Below, piece after piece: positions 1-8,061 of a DNA stretch of 25,705 bases. This DNA comes from a virus. Lineage: Duplodnaviria; Caudoviricetes. Below the pieces are notes generated by a model. The model made no database searches. It was not told where the DNA came from and was given only the letters and a program-made list of their open reading frames with translations. The position numbers and the translations under genes are program-made. Position 1 is the stretch's first letter. Each line of letters starts with the position of its first letter. The stretch spans positions 1 to 25,705 of the IMG/VR virus record IMGVR_UViG_3300025848_000174; one strand, 5' to 3'.

Positions 1-2
1 CC

Positions 3-659
3 CTGATTCGTCCCGAACACAACACCGACCGATACTTTGACGCTATCGTGGACACCTCGGTGGAATGGTTTGCTCCATACGCCAAAAACATTCTGCTGAT
101 AGGCTACGGCAATCATGAAACCGCTATCATCAAGCACGGGGAAACGGACCTCCTGCAACGCTTCGCCAGTACCCTGAACTACGCCACAGGGTCAGCGGTT
201 CAAGTTGGCGGTTACGGAGGAACTATTGATATCCGAGTGCTTCACGATACAATCCGTGGAGTCAACTTCGTAGTGCATTATTTTCATGGGCATAGTGGGG
301 GAGGCGCGGTCAGCCGCGGAGTAATTCACGATCAGAGGCTCCTTGCCGGAACCGAAGGCTACGACTTGACTTGGATGGGCCATGTCCACGAATTGTACTA
401 CCATCAAAACATGATTCACCGCTATGACCGCTCAACCAAGACTCTCATTCAAAAACCTATTCACCAACTGCGTACGGCTACTTACAAGGAAGAATGGGAC
501 GGAGGCTACATGGGCTTTCATACTGAGCGAGGAAGAGGCCCGAAGCCTTTGGGAGGCTATTGGTTGAAACTGGAAACATCACGGAATACCAGCAAAGACA
601 ACAAGGGTCCCGAACTTCAAGTTCACGCCACCTTCACCCCAGCGGATAGGTTGTACTAA
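3..659 (+). CDS. Calcineurin-like metallophosphoesterase (5' end truncated by the window edge)
   Basis: Frame is open from position 3; motifs GNHE, HGH and GHVH are typical of metallophosphoesterases. Confidence 0.75.
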   Translation: MIRPEHNTDRYFDAIVDTSVEWFAPYAKNILLIGYGNHETAIIKHGETDLLQRFASTLNYATGSAVQVGGYGGTIDIRVLHDTIRGVNFVVHYFHGHSGGGAVSRGVIHDQRLLAGTEGYDLTWMGHVHELYYHQNMIHRYDRSTKTLIQKPIHQLRTATYKEEWDGGYMGFHTERGRGPKPLGGYWLKLETSRNTSKDNKGPELQVHATFTPADRLY

Positions 660-1072
660 CCGGCAGCGGTCAGGTATAGGTAGCCGTACTCTTTCTCGGC
701 ATTAAACTGCGGACAGGCCTTGGTAACGCCCGGAAAGTCCCTGTGTCCGCATATCCTTGCGGTAGGGTACTTCTTAAGCCAATCAAGCAGCACCACGGCA
801 ATCGCTTGACGTTGGCCGATAGTTCGGTCATCTTTGTCTTTGCCTCCGATATAACTCACGTGAAGGCTCGTAGCGTTGTGTCCCTGCACTCCGTTGGTTA
901 CGGCTGAATCAGGAGCCAAGACCGTTACATTCCCGGTTGAGTCAATGATGCGATGATAGCCAACGGACTTCCATCCAAGGGCCTCCTTCCAATGCTTGCG
1001 GATGGAGGCAATGGTCGTATGCTTGGGCGTGGCCGTGCAATGGACGACGAGGTGAGTGATGGTTCTGCTCAT
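656..1072 (-). CDS. N-acetylmuramoyl-L-alanine amidase (T7 lysozyme-like endolysin)
   Basis: Amidase_2 zinc-site motifs VVHCTAT, VGYH, GHN, GHRDF and KACP. The ATG at 1072 overlaps the upstream stop (ATGA). Confidence 0.9.
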   Translation of the reverse strand: MSRTITHLVVHCTATPKHTTIASIRKHWKEALGWKSVGYHRIIDSTGNVTVLAPDSAVTNGVQGHNATSLHVSYIGGKDKDDRTIGQRQAIAVVLLDWLKKYPTARICGHRDFPGVTKACPQFNAEKEYGYLYLTAAG

Positions 1073-1326
1073 TCTTCGGGGTTTAAGGCGTGGAAATAAC
1101 TGACCTGCACTTGGTCTGCGAGGTTCTGCTGACTTGCGATGCTGACCTCCTTGGTCCCGGCCCATTGAGCCATAGCCGGGTCATACCCAAGTAACTCGCA
1201 GGCTTTCCGGTATTCGAGCAGGAGGGCGTGGTTGCCTTCAAGGTCAGCGTTGTCAATGGCTATCATCAGCCGTTCCAAGGCGTTCGTGAGGGCCTTGGCA
1301 GGTCGGAGGGAGTGGTATTCGTGCAT
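1069..1326 (-). CDS. Hypothetical protein, co-transcribed with the endolysin
   Basis: 85 aa ORF (MHEYHSLRP...) coupled to the amidase and preceded by the ACATTTAC-N4-ATG motif. Confidence 0.65.
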   Translation of the reverse strand: MHEYHSLRPAKALTNALERLMIAIDNADLEGNHALLLEYRKACELLGYDPAMAQWAGTKEVSIASQQNLADQVQVSYFHALNPEE

Positions 1327-1330
1327 GGGT

Positions 1331-1359
1331 GTAAATGTACAAAAACCCCTCCAATGCAA
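1331..1359 (-). promoter_or_regulatory. Putative late promoter TTGCA-N16-ACATTTAC
   Basis: Same motif and spacing as at 21964-21992; lies 4 nt upstream of the ATG at 1326. Confidence 0.55.
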
Positions 1360-1419
1360 TCCAAAGGGGGTTAAATAATTTTTTTGCTACGAGGTGGCAC
1401 AAAATGGAAAAAGTTGTTT

Positions 1420-1427
1420 TACCTTTG
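1420..1427 (+). promoter_or_regulatory. Bacteroidota-type -7 promoter element (TACCTTTG)
   Basis: Matches the TAnnTTTG consensus; intergenic and upstream of the early operon. Confidence 0.65.
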
Positions 1428-1458
1428 TCATACAAACCAACCACTAAACCTCAAAACC

Positions 1459-1644
1459 ATGAACAATCAAGCCATCCTCCAAAAAAATTTAGCAATCGTA
1501 AGTCGTGGTCAGAACTTCGGAATGCTGTTCGGCAAGTTCACCAAGAATAGCGAAATCCACTCGGTAATCTTTAAGGCCATCAAGGCAGGCAAGGCTACCA
1601 AATTAGTCGATACCGAGTTTACCCTAATGTATCTCATCAACTAA
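1459..1644 (+). CDS. Hypothetical early protein
   Basis: 61 aa ORF starting in the repeated AAACCTCAAAACCATG initiation context. Confidence 0.65.
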   Translation: MNNQAILQKNLAIVSRGQNFGMLFGKFTKNSEIHSVIFKAIKAGKATKLVDTEFTLMYLIN

Positions 1645-1651
1645 ACCCAAC

Positions 1652-1676
1652 CGAGGGGTGCGACTCGCCAACGCAC
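1652..1676 (+). other. Candidate H-type RNA pseudoknot (intergenic)
   Basis: CGAG(1652-1655)/CTCG(1664-1667) and GTGCG(1658-1662)/CGCAC(1672-1676) form two interleaved stems. Confidence 0.45.
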
Positions 1677-1703
1677 ATTCTTTTAACCTCAAACCTCAAA
1701 ACC

Positions 1704-1823
1704 ATGAACCACGAAACCAAAGCCACACTCAAAGCAGCCCTCGCAACGGGCTACATCCTGCTGACCGCCTGCCTCGGCATCGCCTTCTTCGGCAGATTCA
1801 TCTTCGCACTCATCACCAACTAA
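1704..1823 (+). CDS. Small membrane protein (39 aa)
   Basis: MNHETKATLKAALATGYILLTACLGIAFFGRFIFALITN; one hydrophobic helix; same initiation motif as its neighbours; not listed in the ORF track. Confidence 0.65.
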   Translation: MNHETKATLKAALATGYILLTACLGIAFFGRFIFALITN

Positions 1824-1844
1824 ACCCAAACCAAACCTCAAACC

Positions 1845-2483
1845 ATGAAAAACCTCACCCCGGAGCAACTCGCCAAGATTGCCGAGCCTCTACCACCCGA
1901 AGCCATTGCGGCCCACCCTCGCATGGCTGGCCTCTCAACTATCAAAGGAATCTTCGTAACCGAGCGACTGAACCAAGTCTTTGGTGTAGGTGCTTGGGTA
2001 GTCAAGACCGACCTTTCCAGTCCCATCACAACAGTCCACACGACCACCAATGCAGGCCGTGAGCGGATTGAATACACGGCAGTAGCCAAGACCATCTTCA
2101 CGGTTCCTGCCCACGATATTCACTACGAATGCATTGCGTCCTCCACCAACTCCGACCCGGGCGACGCAGCCAAAGGAGCGACCACCGATGCCATCACCAA
2201 AATCGCTTCTTGGATTGGGATTGGGATTGATGTGTACAAGGGCAAGCACGGAGCAGCCCCCAAGCCTGCCAACGCCAATTTGCTGGACCTCAACGACAAA
2301 CTCGGACTGGTTCCTTGCTACGAAGAACGGATTACCGCAACGCTCAAGGCCGACTTCCTTGCTCTTGTGAAGAAACTCCCAGCCGAGCAACAGGCGAAGT
2401 TCATGAAGGATATCGACCAAATGACCCCTGCACGCTTTGAGAAAGGCATCCAATTCATCCAAAACCAACTCGCAAAATCATGA
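1845..2483 (+). CDS. sak: Rad52/Rad22-like (Sak) single-strand annealing protein
   Basis: ERLNQVFGVGAW and AAKGATTDAITKIASWIGIGIDVY match the Rad52-family pattern. Confidence 0.8.
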   Translation: MKNLTPEQLAKIAEPLPPEAIAAHPRMAGLSTIKGIFVTERLNQVFGVGAWVVKTDLSSPITTVHTTTNAGRERIEYTAVAKTIFTVPAHDIHYECIASSTNSDPGDAAKGATTDAITKIASWIGIGIDVYKGKHGAAPKPANANLLDLNDKLGLVPCYEERITATLKADFLALVKKLPAEQQAKFMKDIDQMTPARFEKGIQFIQNQLAKS

Positions 2484-2701
2484 ACCTACTCGAACAAATG
2501 AACGCTGACGAGTTTCGTAAACTCCTTGAGTTCAAAGAGAAATTCCCGTTAATTGGCCTTGACTTGGTAAGGGCCTTGACCGAGAAAACCCTCCCCATCC
2601 AACTGACCTTGGGCGAGTGCATCGACCTGTCAAATGCCATCGGCATCCCTTACGGTCAGTACTGCAACCAAATCTTCGACACCTTCAAATCCAAACCATG
2701 A
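2480..2701 (+). CDS. Hypothetical protein
   Basis: 73 aa ORF with ATGA overlaps at both ends. Confidence 0.7.
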   Translation: MNLLEQMNADEFRKLLEFKEKFPLIGLDLVRALTEKTLPIQLTLGECIDLSNAIGIPYGQYCNQIFDTFKSKP

Positions 2702-3147
2702 CCTATCCTACACTCATAACCATCCCCAAGAGCGACATCTGCAAGGCAGAAATCGCCCAAATCGCCCAGCAACTGACCGACCGAATCAACGACGGAGAGG
2801 TCAACCCGGTGGAGGCCCACATCAAGTTAAAGGCCATCGTCAAGGCTTTAGAGGCCACCATCAAGGCCACCGAGCAGACCGTTGCCGACGAAGCCAGCAA
2901 GCACGGCAAGACTTTCCAAGCCTTTGGTGCAGAGATTACCCTCAAGGAAGGGAGCCTGACCCCGAACTACGAGGAAGACGAAGTGTATGCCGACCTCAAA
3001 GCACAAATGAAAGCGAGGGAGGAACTGCTCAAGATAGCCTTTCGGCAAGCCGGCAAGACCGCTATCTTTGACGAATCCACAGGCGAGCAGGTTCCAGTCT
3101 GCACCGCCAAGGCCACCAAAGCGTCCATAGCCGTATCGTTCAAATGA
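2698..3147 (+). CDS. Hypothetical phage protein (helical, recombination module)
   Basis: 149 aa from the ATG at 2698; coupled to both neighbours. Confidence 0.7.
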   Translation: MTYPTLITIPKSDICKAEIAQIAQQLTDRINDGEVNPVEAHIKLKAIVKALEATIKATEQTVADEASKHGKTFQAFGAEITLKEGSLTPNYEEDEVYADLKAQMKAREELLKIAFRQAGKTAIFDESTGEQVPVCTAKATKASIAVSFK

Positions 3148-3356
3148 GAAGAGCCTCCGATGCCGTAAGGGTTTACAGGTTGCTATGCGACCGCCCATAC
3201 CGAGCCAAGCAGATTGCTGAACTGCTGGGCAACAAAGAACGCTACACCTACCGGGTGCTGCACGACCTCCTAAATTCCGGCTATGTCGGAGTAACCAAAT
3301 CGTACTATCACAAACTCGAAACCCCAACCCCAACCATTTACAACCCCCAACCATGA
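3144..3356 (+). CDS. Putative winged HTH DNA-binding protein
   Basis: AKQIAELLGNKERYTYRVLHDLLNSGYV is an HTH-like pattern. Confidence 0.6.
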   Translation: MRRASDAVRVYRLLCDRPYRAKQIAELLGNKERYTYRVLHDLLNSGYVGVTKSYYHKLETPTPTIYNPQP

Positions 3357-3589
3357 GTTACACACCCCAACCCAACACTTTCACTCTCTTCGCCAACGAC
3401 AAGGGCGACAACCCGAAACGCCCGGACTACCGTGGCGACGTGATTCTCCCCGATGGAACCAAGATGCGCCTATCCGGGTGGGTCAAGGAATCCAACGGCA
3501 AGCGGTTCATCAGCGGTAAAGTAGAGCCAATCCAGCAGCAGACAAGCGGTGGAAATTTTGCACCACAAGACGGTGATATGCCTTTTTAG
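3353..3589 (+). CDS. Putative phage single-stranded DNA-binding protein (DUF736-like)
   Basis: LFxN..KRPDYRG..LSGW core, acidic DGDMPF C-terminal tail, and position in the same operon as the annealase. Confidence 0.6.
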   Translation: MSYTPQPNTFTLFANDKGDNPKRPDYRGDVILPDGTKMRLSGWVKESNGKRFISGKVEPIQQQTSGGNFAPQDGDMPF

Positions 3590-3591
3590 TG

Positions 3592-3599
3592 TAAATTTG
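3592..3599 (+). promoter_or_regulatory. Bacteroidota-type -7 promoter element (TAAATTTG)
   Basis: Consensus match upstream of the structured leader of the primase-helicase gene. Confidence 0.65.
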
Positions 3600-3684
3600 C
3601 ACCCAACATACATTTACATACATAGCCCATTTGTAATTGCAGCCAAATGGTGCTACCGATAAAGGGTTCATTCTCTAACCCCTG

Positions 3685-3718
3685 CCCCGGCTGCTGCAAT
3701 CAGTCGGGGTTTTTTTTT
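3685..3718 (+). terminator. Intrinsic terminator/attenuator in the primase leader
   Basis: Stem CCCCGGCTG/CAGTCGGGG followed by 9 T, ending 8 nt before the ATG at 3727. Confidence 0.75.
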
Positions 3719-3726
3719 CTTATCCT

Positions 3727-5961
3727 ATGGCAGAAATATCAATGTTCAAAGCGTCCACCAATGGCGGTGTGCGAAACAATGTTCCCGAAGACCATATGCC
3801 GTTTGTGCAGTACATTCAGGACATAAAAGACGGCATCTACTACACGGAGGTCATGGCCTACCGCAAAGCCAAGACCGAAGAAACCAAACGGAGGCTTTCA
3901 GCCGTAACTCCTTCCGGCAAGTTCAAGAAGCAAGGAAAGGAAGGCCTCGAAACGCATTCCGGTATCATCTGCATCGACATCGATGCCAAGGACAACGATG
4001 GTATTGACGTACTTGCAATCCGCCAGGACGAACACCTCTACGCATTACACCAAAGCACCGGGGGCCAAGGCTATGCAGCCTACTACCGCATCGAGCCGGA
4101 CCGACACCTGGACGCTTTCTTTGCTTTGGAGAAACGCCTGGCAGACCGTTATCACATCATAATTGACCCGGCTTGCAAGGACGTAAGCCGTTTGCGGTTC
4201 GTCAGTTTTGACCCGGACGCATTCATCACCGACAAACCCGTTCCAGTATTTAAGACCTACCTACCCAAGGCCAAGGCTGCACCAGCCCCAAAGTTCTACC
4301 CACACGGTGAACACGATGTTGAACATATCCTCCAACAAATCGAAGCCAAGCGGATTGACCTGACGGATTCCTATGCCGATTGGGTCAAGATTGGCTTTGC
4401 CATTGCAAGCAAATACCACGAGCCAGGTGCGGACCTGTTCCATCGGGTTTCAGCACTATCCCCGAAGTATAACCCGGAAGCCTGCGACCGCAAGTACAAG
4501 CAACTCTGCAACTCCAAGCAGAACCAAGTGACCTTTGCTTCGTTCATGTGGCTTGCCAAGAATGCAGGGGTCGAGATTCAAACCAAGACCACTAAGCACA
4601 TCGTTTCCACAACCAAGTCCCACCGCATGCGTGTCGGGACCAATGGCGGTCCCAAGGACATCAACGCGGCAACGGAAGCAGCGGTCCGGGTACTTCGGGA
4701 GATAGACAACATCGACATAGATGGCCTTGAAGAAATCGTCGCCAACACGATGGCTCTTGATACAACGGAACTAAAGTCCGCTGATACCGAAGACACACCG
4801 ATAAAGCAAATAAAGGCTTTCTTGCGTTCATTCGACCTAAAACGCAATGCCGTAACCCGTTGTATTGAATACAAAGGCCAACCCATTACCGACGTGGACC
4901 TGAACAACATTTACGTTGACTGCCTCGAAGCCTTTGGCAAGAAGGAGGTCAGCATGCAACTCGTTGGGGCCATCGTGGATTCGGACTTTACACCGACTTA
5001 CAATCCATTTACCCAATTCTTTGCCCGGCACGGCCATCGCAATCCTACCGGGTGCATCGAAGCCCTGACCAATACCATCCGAACAACCAACCAGGACCAC
5101 ACGTTTGTGCAACTCTGCATCCATAAATGGCTCTGCTCGGTCATCGCAAGTATGCACGGGGAATACTCGCTCTCTATACTGGTCCTTTGTGGCGACCAAG
5201 GCATCGGAAAGACCAACTTCTTTCGTAACCTCCTGCCCGATGAACTTCGGGCCTATTACGGGGAATCCAAACTGGATGCCGGGAAGGACGATGAAATTCT
5301 CATGTGCAAAAAGATTATCCTCTGCGACGACGAGTTCGGTGGCAAATCCAAGCAGGAAGCCAAGAAACTCAAGGAACTATCCTCCAAGCAGACATTCAGC
5401 ATCCGCAAGCCCTACGGTCGGGTCCATGAGGAACTGAATCGGTATGCGGTCCTTTGCGGTACAAGCAACGACGAGGAAGTCATCAACGACCCAACGGGCA
5501 ACCGTAGGATTCTGCCTATTGTAATCAGCGAGATTGACTGGGATGCCTATGCAGCCGTCGATAAGACCGACCTGTTTATTGAGGCCCTACATTCCTACAA
5601 ATTAAACGGAGCCGATGCCTGGCAACTTTCCAAGGCTGAAATCAAGATGCTGAACAATCACACCATGCACAACGTGCAGCCGGCTATCGAGAAAGAAATG
5701 CTCCTGAACCTGTTCACCATCCCGTTGGACTATAGCGACCCCTACGGCAAGTGGATGAGCAATACCGAAATCAAGGACCTCATTGAAACTTGCACCAAGC
5801 AGCACATCAGTTCGCACAAACTTGGAGCGGTCCTAAAGTCCCTTGGCTGTAAGAAAATGACACGTCGGGAGCGGAATTTTCTTCCGTGCTACTTTTTGGT
5901 GAAAAATGCCGATAAAAGTGACTACGCCCAAAAGGTTGATAATAAGCGATATCCGTTTTAG
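3727..5961 (+). CDS. Primase-helicase (BT4734/VirE-N, PriCT-2 and VirE-like P-loop ATPase domains)
   Basis: N-terminal SGIICIDID and DPACKDVSRLRFVSFDP; PriCT-2-like YADWVKIGFA; Walker A GDQGIGKT; DPTGNRR. Confidence 0.88.
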   Translation: MAEISMFKASTNGGVRNNVPEDHMPFVQYIQDIKDGIYYTEVMAYRKAKTEETKRRLSAVTPSGKFKKQGKEGLETHSGIICIDIDAKDNDGIDVLAIRQDEHLYALHQSTGGQGYAAYYRIEPDRHLDAFFALEKRLADRYHIIIDPACKDVSRLRFVSFDPDAFITDKPVPVFKTYLPKAKAAPAPKFYPHGEHDVEHILQQIEAKRIDLTDSYADWVKIGFAIASKYHEPGADLFHRVSALSPKYNPEACDRKYKQLCNSKQNQVTFASFMWLAKNAGVEIQTKTTKHIVSTTKSHRMRVGTNGGPKDINAATEAAVRVLREIDNIDIDGLEEIVANTMALDTTELKSADTEDTPIKQIKAFLRSFDLKRNAVTRCIEYKGQPITDVDLNNIYVDCLEAFGKKEVSMQLVGAIVDSDFTPTYNPFTQFFARHGHRNPTGCIEALTNTIRTTNQDHTFVQLCIHKWLCSVIASMHGEYSLSILVLCGDQGIGKTNFFRNLLPDELRAYYGESKLDAGKDDEILMCKKIILCDDEFGGKSKQEAKKLKELSSKQTFSIRKPYGRVHEELNRYAVLCGTSNDEEVINDPTGNRRILPIVISEIDWDAYAAVDKTDLFIEALHSYKLNGADAWQLSKAEIKMLNNHTMHNVQPAIEKEMLLNLFTIPLDYSDPYGKWMSNTEIKDLIETCTKQHISSHKLGAVLKSLGCKKMTRRERNFLPCYFLVKNADKSDYAQKVDNKRYPF

Positions 5962-6164
5962 TGTAGTCACTTAGTCACTTAAAATGCGTTTTTTCTTTAG
6001 GGGCTTATATGTGCATGTGTGTGTGTGTGTGTGTGTGTATAATATATACTCTAAAGAAAATAGTAACTAAAGTAACTACAGTGACTACAACCCCCTTGAC
6101 GCTATCAAAAACGCAGATTTTGGTAGTCACTTCACTCAAATTCAAAGTAACTACAAGTGACCAC
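5917..6164. repeat. Putative replication origin with nine AGT(G/A)ACTAC-type iterons in both orientations
   Basis: Copies start at 5917, 5963(rc), 5972(rc), 6062, 6071, 6080, 6123(rc), 6146 and 6156; inverted repeat 5991-6000/6051-6060; AT-rich; directly after the primase-helicase gene. Confidence 0.7.
6017..6038. repeat. (GT)11 microsatellite
   Basis: Read directly from the sequence. Confidence 0.95.
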
Positions 6165-7590
6165 ACTTAGACCATACCAACAAACCGCTATTGACCAAAT
6201 GCGGACAAGTATTGCCGAGGGCAAAAGACGCTTGATACTCTGCTCCCCAACAGGGAGCGGTAAGACGGTCATGTTTACCTACATGGTTGCAAGGGCCTTA
6301 GAGAAAGGCAAGCAGGCCATCATCTTCACGGACCGGGTGGAACTGCTCCGGCAATCCAACGGGGCCTTGGACCAGTTCGGTATCAAGCCGACGCTGATTG
6401 AGGCCAACCGCACCAGGCTCGATGTTTCAGGCAACTGCTTCATTGCCATGGCCCAAACATTCAGCCGAAGGAAGGACTCTGCCCAATACACGGACCTCTT
6501 GGCACGGATGGACCTGGTCATCATTGACGAAGCCCACAAGCAGACATTCAACCCCCTGCTGCCATACATCAACCCAAAGGCCGTGGTCATCGGTGCGACC
6601 GCAACGCCATTGCGGAGGGGAAAGCAGGAATGCCTCTCGAAATTCTACAAGGCTCTCCATGCACCGGTTCAGGTGCAGGAACTAATCAGCCAAGGCTACC
6701 TGGCCGAACCAACGACCTACGGAATGACGCAGGACCTTTCCGGTATACGAATGAAGGGCGATGATTACGACACCGAGCAGATGGCCCAACGATTCAGCGA
6801 GCGAAAGGTCTTTGCCGGGGTGGTGCAGAACTACGCCAAAGTCTGCCCAGGCAAGAAGGCTATCGTCTTTGCCAGCAACATCGCATCAAGCAAAGAGGTC
6901 TGCGATGCTTTGCAGGGTGGAGGGTTCAACGCCCGGCACGTTGACGGAGACATGCCTAAGTCCTTACGAGCCGAAACCCTTGCGTGGTTCAAGCAGTCCA
7001 ACGATGGAATCCTTTGCAACTGCGACCTTATGACCACGGGCTTTGATGAACCATCCATCGAGGTCGTCATCCTCTACCGGGCGACTGCGAGCCTACCCTT
7101 GTTCATGCAGATGGTTGGCCGAGGGTCCAGGGTAACGCCAACCAAGACCCGGTTCACGGTGCTGGACTTCGGAAACAATGTGCAGACCCATGGCTTTTGG
7201 GAAACGAACCGGGAATGGTCCTTGAAGAAGAAACGAAAACGTGAGTCCGCTGGCGTTGGTGGGGTGAAGAACTGCAAGAAGTGCGAGGCCATTATCCCGG
7301 TGGCTGCCATGGAGTGCAAGCATTGCGGGTTTGAATACGAGCGAAAGCCAAAGCCTCCAGGGGAAGTCGTAAGTTTGCAGATGCTGACCAAGGCCCAAGG
7401 CATGGAAATGGCAAAGCAAAGCACGATGTACCAAAAGGCTCAACTGGCAAAGGCCAAGGTCATCAGCCCGTTTTGGGTGCTTCACAACTGCAAGACCAGG
7501 GCCGAGGCCGAAGAGTTTGTTAGTTACATGGGATGGCGGAGGGGTTGGCTTTACCACAACGCAAAACGATTCAAAGTCTTTCAATCATGA
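6157..7590 (+). CDS. Superfamily 2 DEAH helicase (RadD/YejH-like) with C-terminal zinc finger
   Basis: SPTGSGKT, DEAH, TAT, TGFDEP, QMVGRGSR and CKKC..CKHC. Confidence 0.92.
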   Translation: MTTLRPYQQTAIDQMRTSIAEGKRRLILCSPTGSGKTVMFTYMVARALEKGKQAIIFTDRVELLRQSNGALDQFGIKPTLIEANRTRLDVSGNCFIAMAQTFSRRKDSAQYTDLLARMDLVIIDEAHKQTFNPLLPYINPKAVVIGATATPLRRGKQECLSKFYKALHAPVQVQELISQGYLAEPTTYGMTQDLSGIRMKGDDYDTEQMAQRFSERKVFAGVVQNYAKVCPGKKAIVFASNIASSKEVCDALQGGGFNARHVDGDMPKSLRAETLAWFKQSNDGILCNCDLMTTGFDEPSIEVVILYRATASLPLFMQMVGRGSRVTPTKTRFTVLDFGNNVQTHGFWETNREWSLKKKRKRESAGVGGVKNCKKCEAIIPVAAMECKHCGFEYERKPKPPGEVVSLQMLTKAQGMEMAKQSTMYQKAQLAKAKVISPFWVLHNCKTRAEAEEFVSYMGWRRGWLYHNAKRFKVFQS

Positions 7591-7913
7591 TGTCCGAGTT
7601 CAAACTCCAAGCCGAATGCTTCCAGTGGCACTGGAACAACTTTCCCAACGACCGGGGCCGATTGTTCACGGTCAACAACAACGCACCGAATGCCTATGCC
7701 GGCAGCGTGATGAAGGCCATGGGCGTGGTCGCAGGGGTCAGCGACATGATATGGCTCTCGCCCACCGGTGCGGTGATGCTGGAGTTCAAAGCAGAGAAGG
7801 GCAAGCAGTCCCTCTCGCAGAAGTGGTGGCAGGGAGTGGTGCAAGAGGCAGGGTACAGGTACGAGGTCATCAGGAGTATTGAGGATTTTCAAAGAGTGGT
7901 TGCAAGTGTGTAA
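7587..7913 (+). CDS. VRR-NUC domain nuclease
   Basis: SEFKLQ, GVVAGVSD, LEFKAEKGKQSLSQ and YEVIRS form a PD-(D/E)xK pattern. Confidence 0.85.
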   Translation: MMSEFKLQAECFQWHWNNFPNDRGRLFTVNNNAPNAYAGSVMKAMGVVAGVSDMIWLSPTGAVMLEFKAEKGKQSLSQKWWQGVVQEAGYRYEVIRSIEDFQRVVASV

Positions 7914-7929
7914 TTCGTGTGTAAATTTG
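7900..7929 (+). promoter_or_regulatory. Bacteroidota-type promoter TTG-N19-TAAATTTG
   Basis: Both the -33 and -7 elements are present with typical spacing. Confidence 0.7.
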
Positions 7930-7940
7930 CGCTATACGCA

Positions 7941-8000
7941 ATCGGGTATAATGAATGATAAATCAGTCAATAAGTACCATTATCGGGTATAATGAATGAT
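7941..8000 (+). repeat. 19-bp direct repeat ATCGGGTATAATGAATGAT (2 copies)
   Basis: Copies at 7941-7959 and 7982-8000. Confidence 0.9.
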
Positions 8001-8061
8001 GAATCATACCGCTTTAGTCAGTTCAAACCTGACAATGAACCTACAAATCGTCAGCCCATAC

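Noticed and set aside
1344-1372. Hairpin AACCCCT...GGGGGTT between the divergent promoters as a terminator or operator
   Set aside because: Short stem with a long loop and no second copy; insufficient support.
1658-3071. Alternative plus-frame ORFs 1658-2062, 2134-2370 and 2634-3071
   Set aside because: Low-complexity Pro/Arg/His-rich translations overlapping better-supported, translationally coupled genes.
7941-8000. Possible mini-CRISPR array (19-bp repeat, 22-nt spacer)
   Set aside because: Only two short non-palindromic repeats and no cas genes; better explained as a duplicated stop/start junction.
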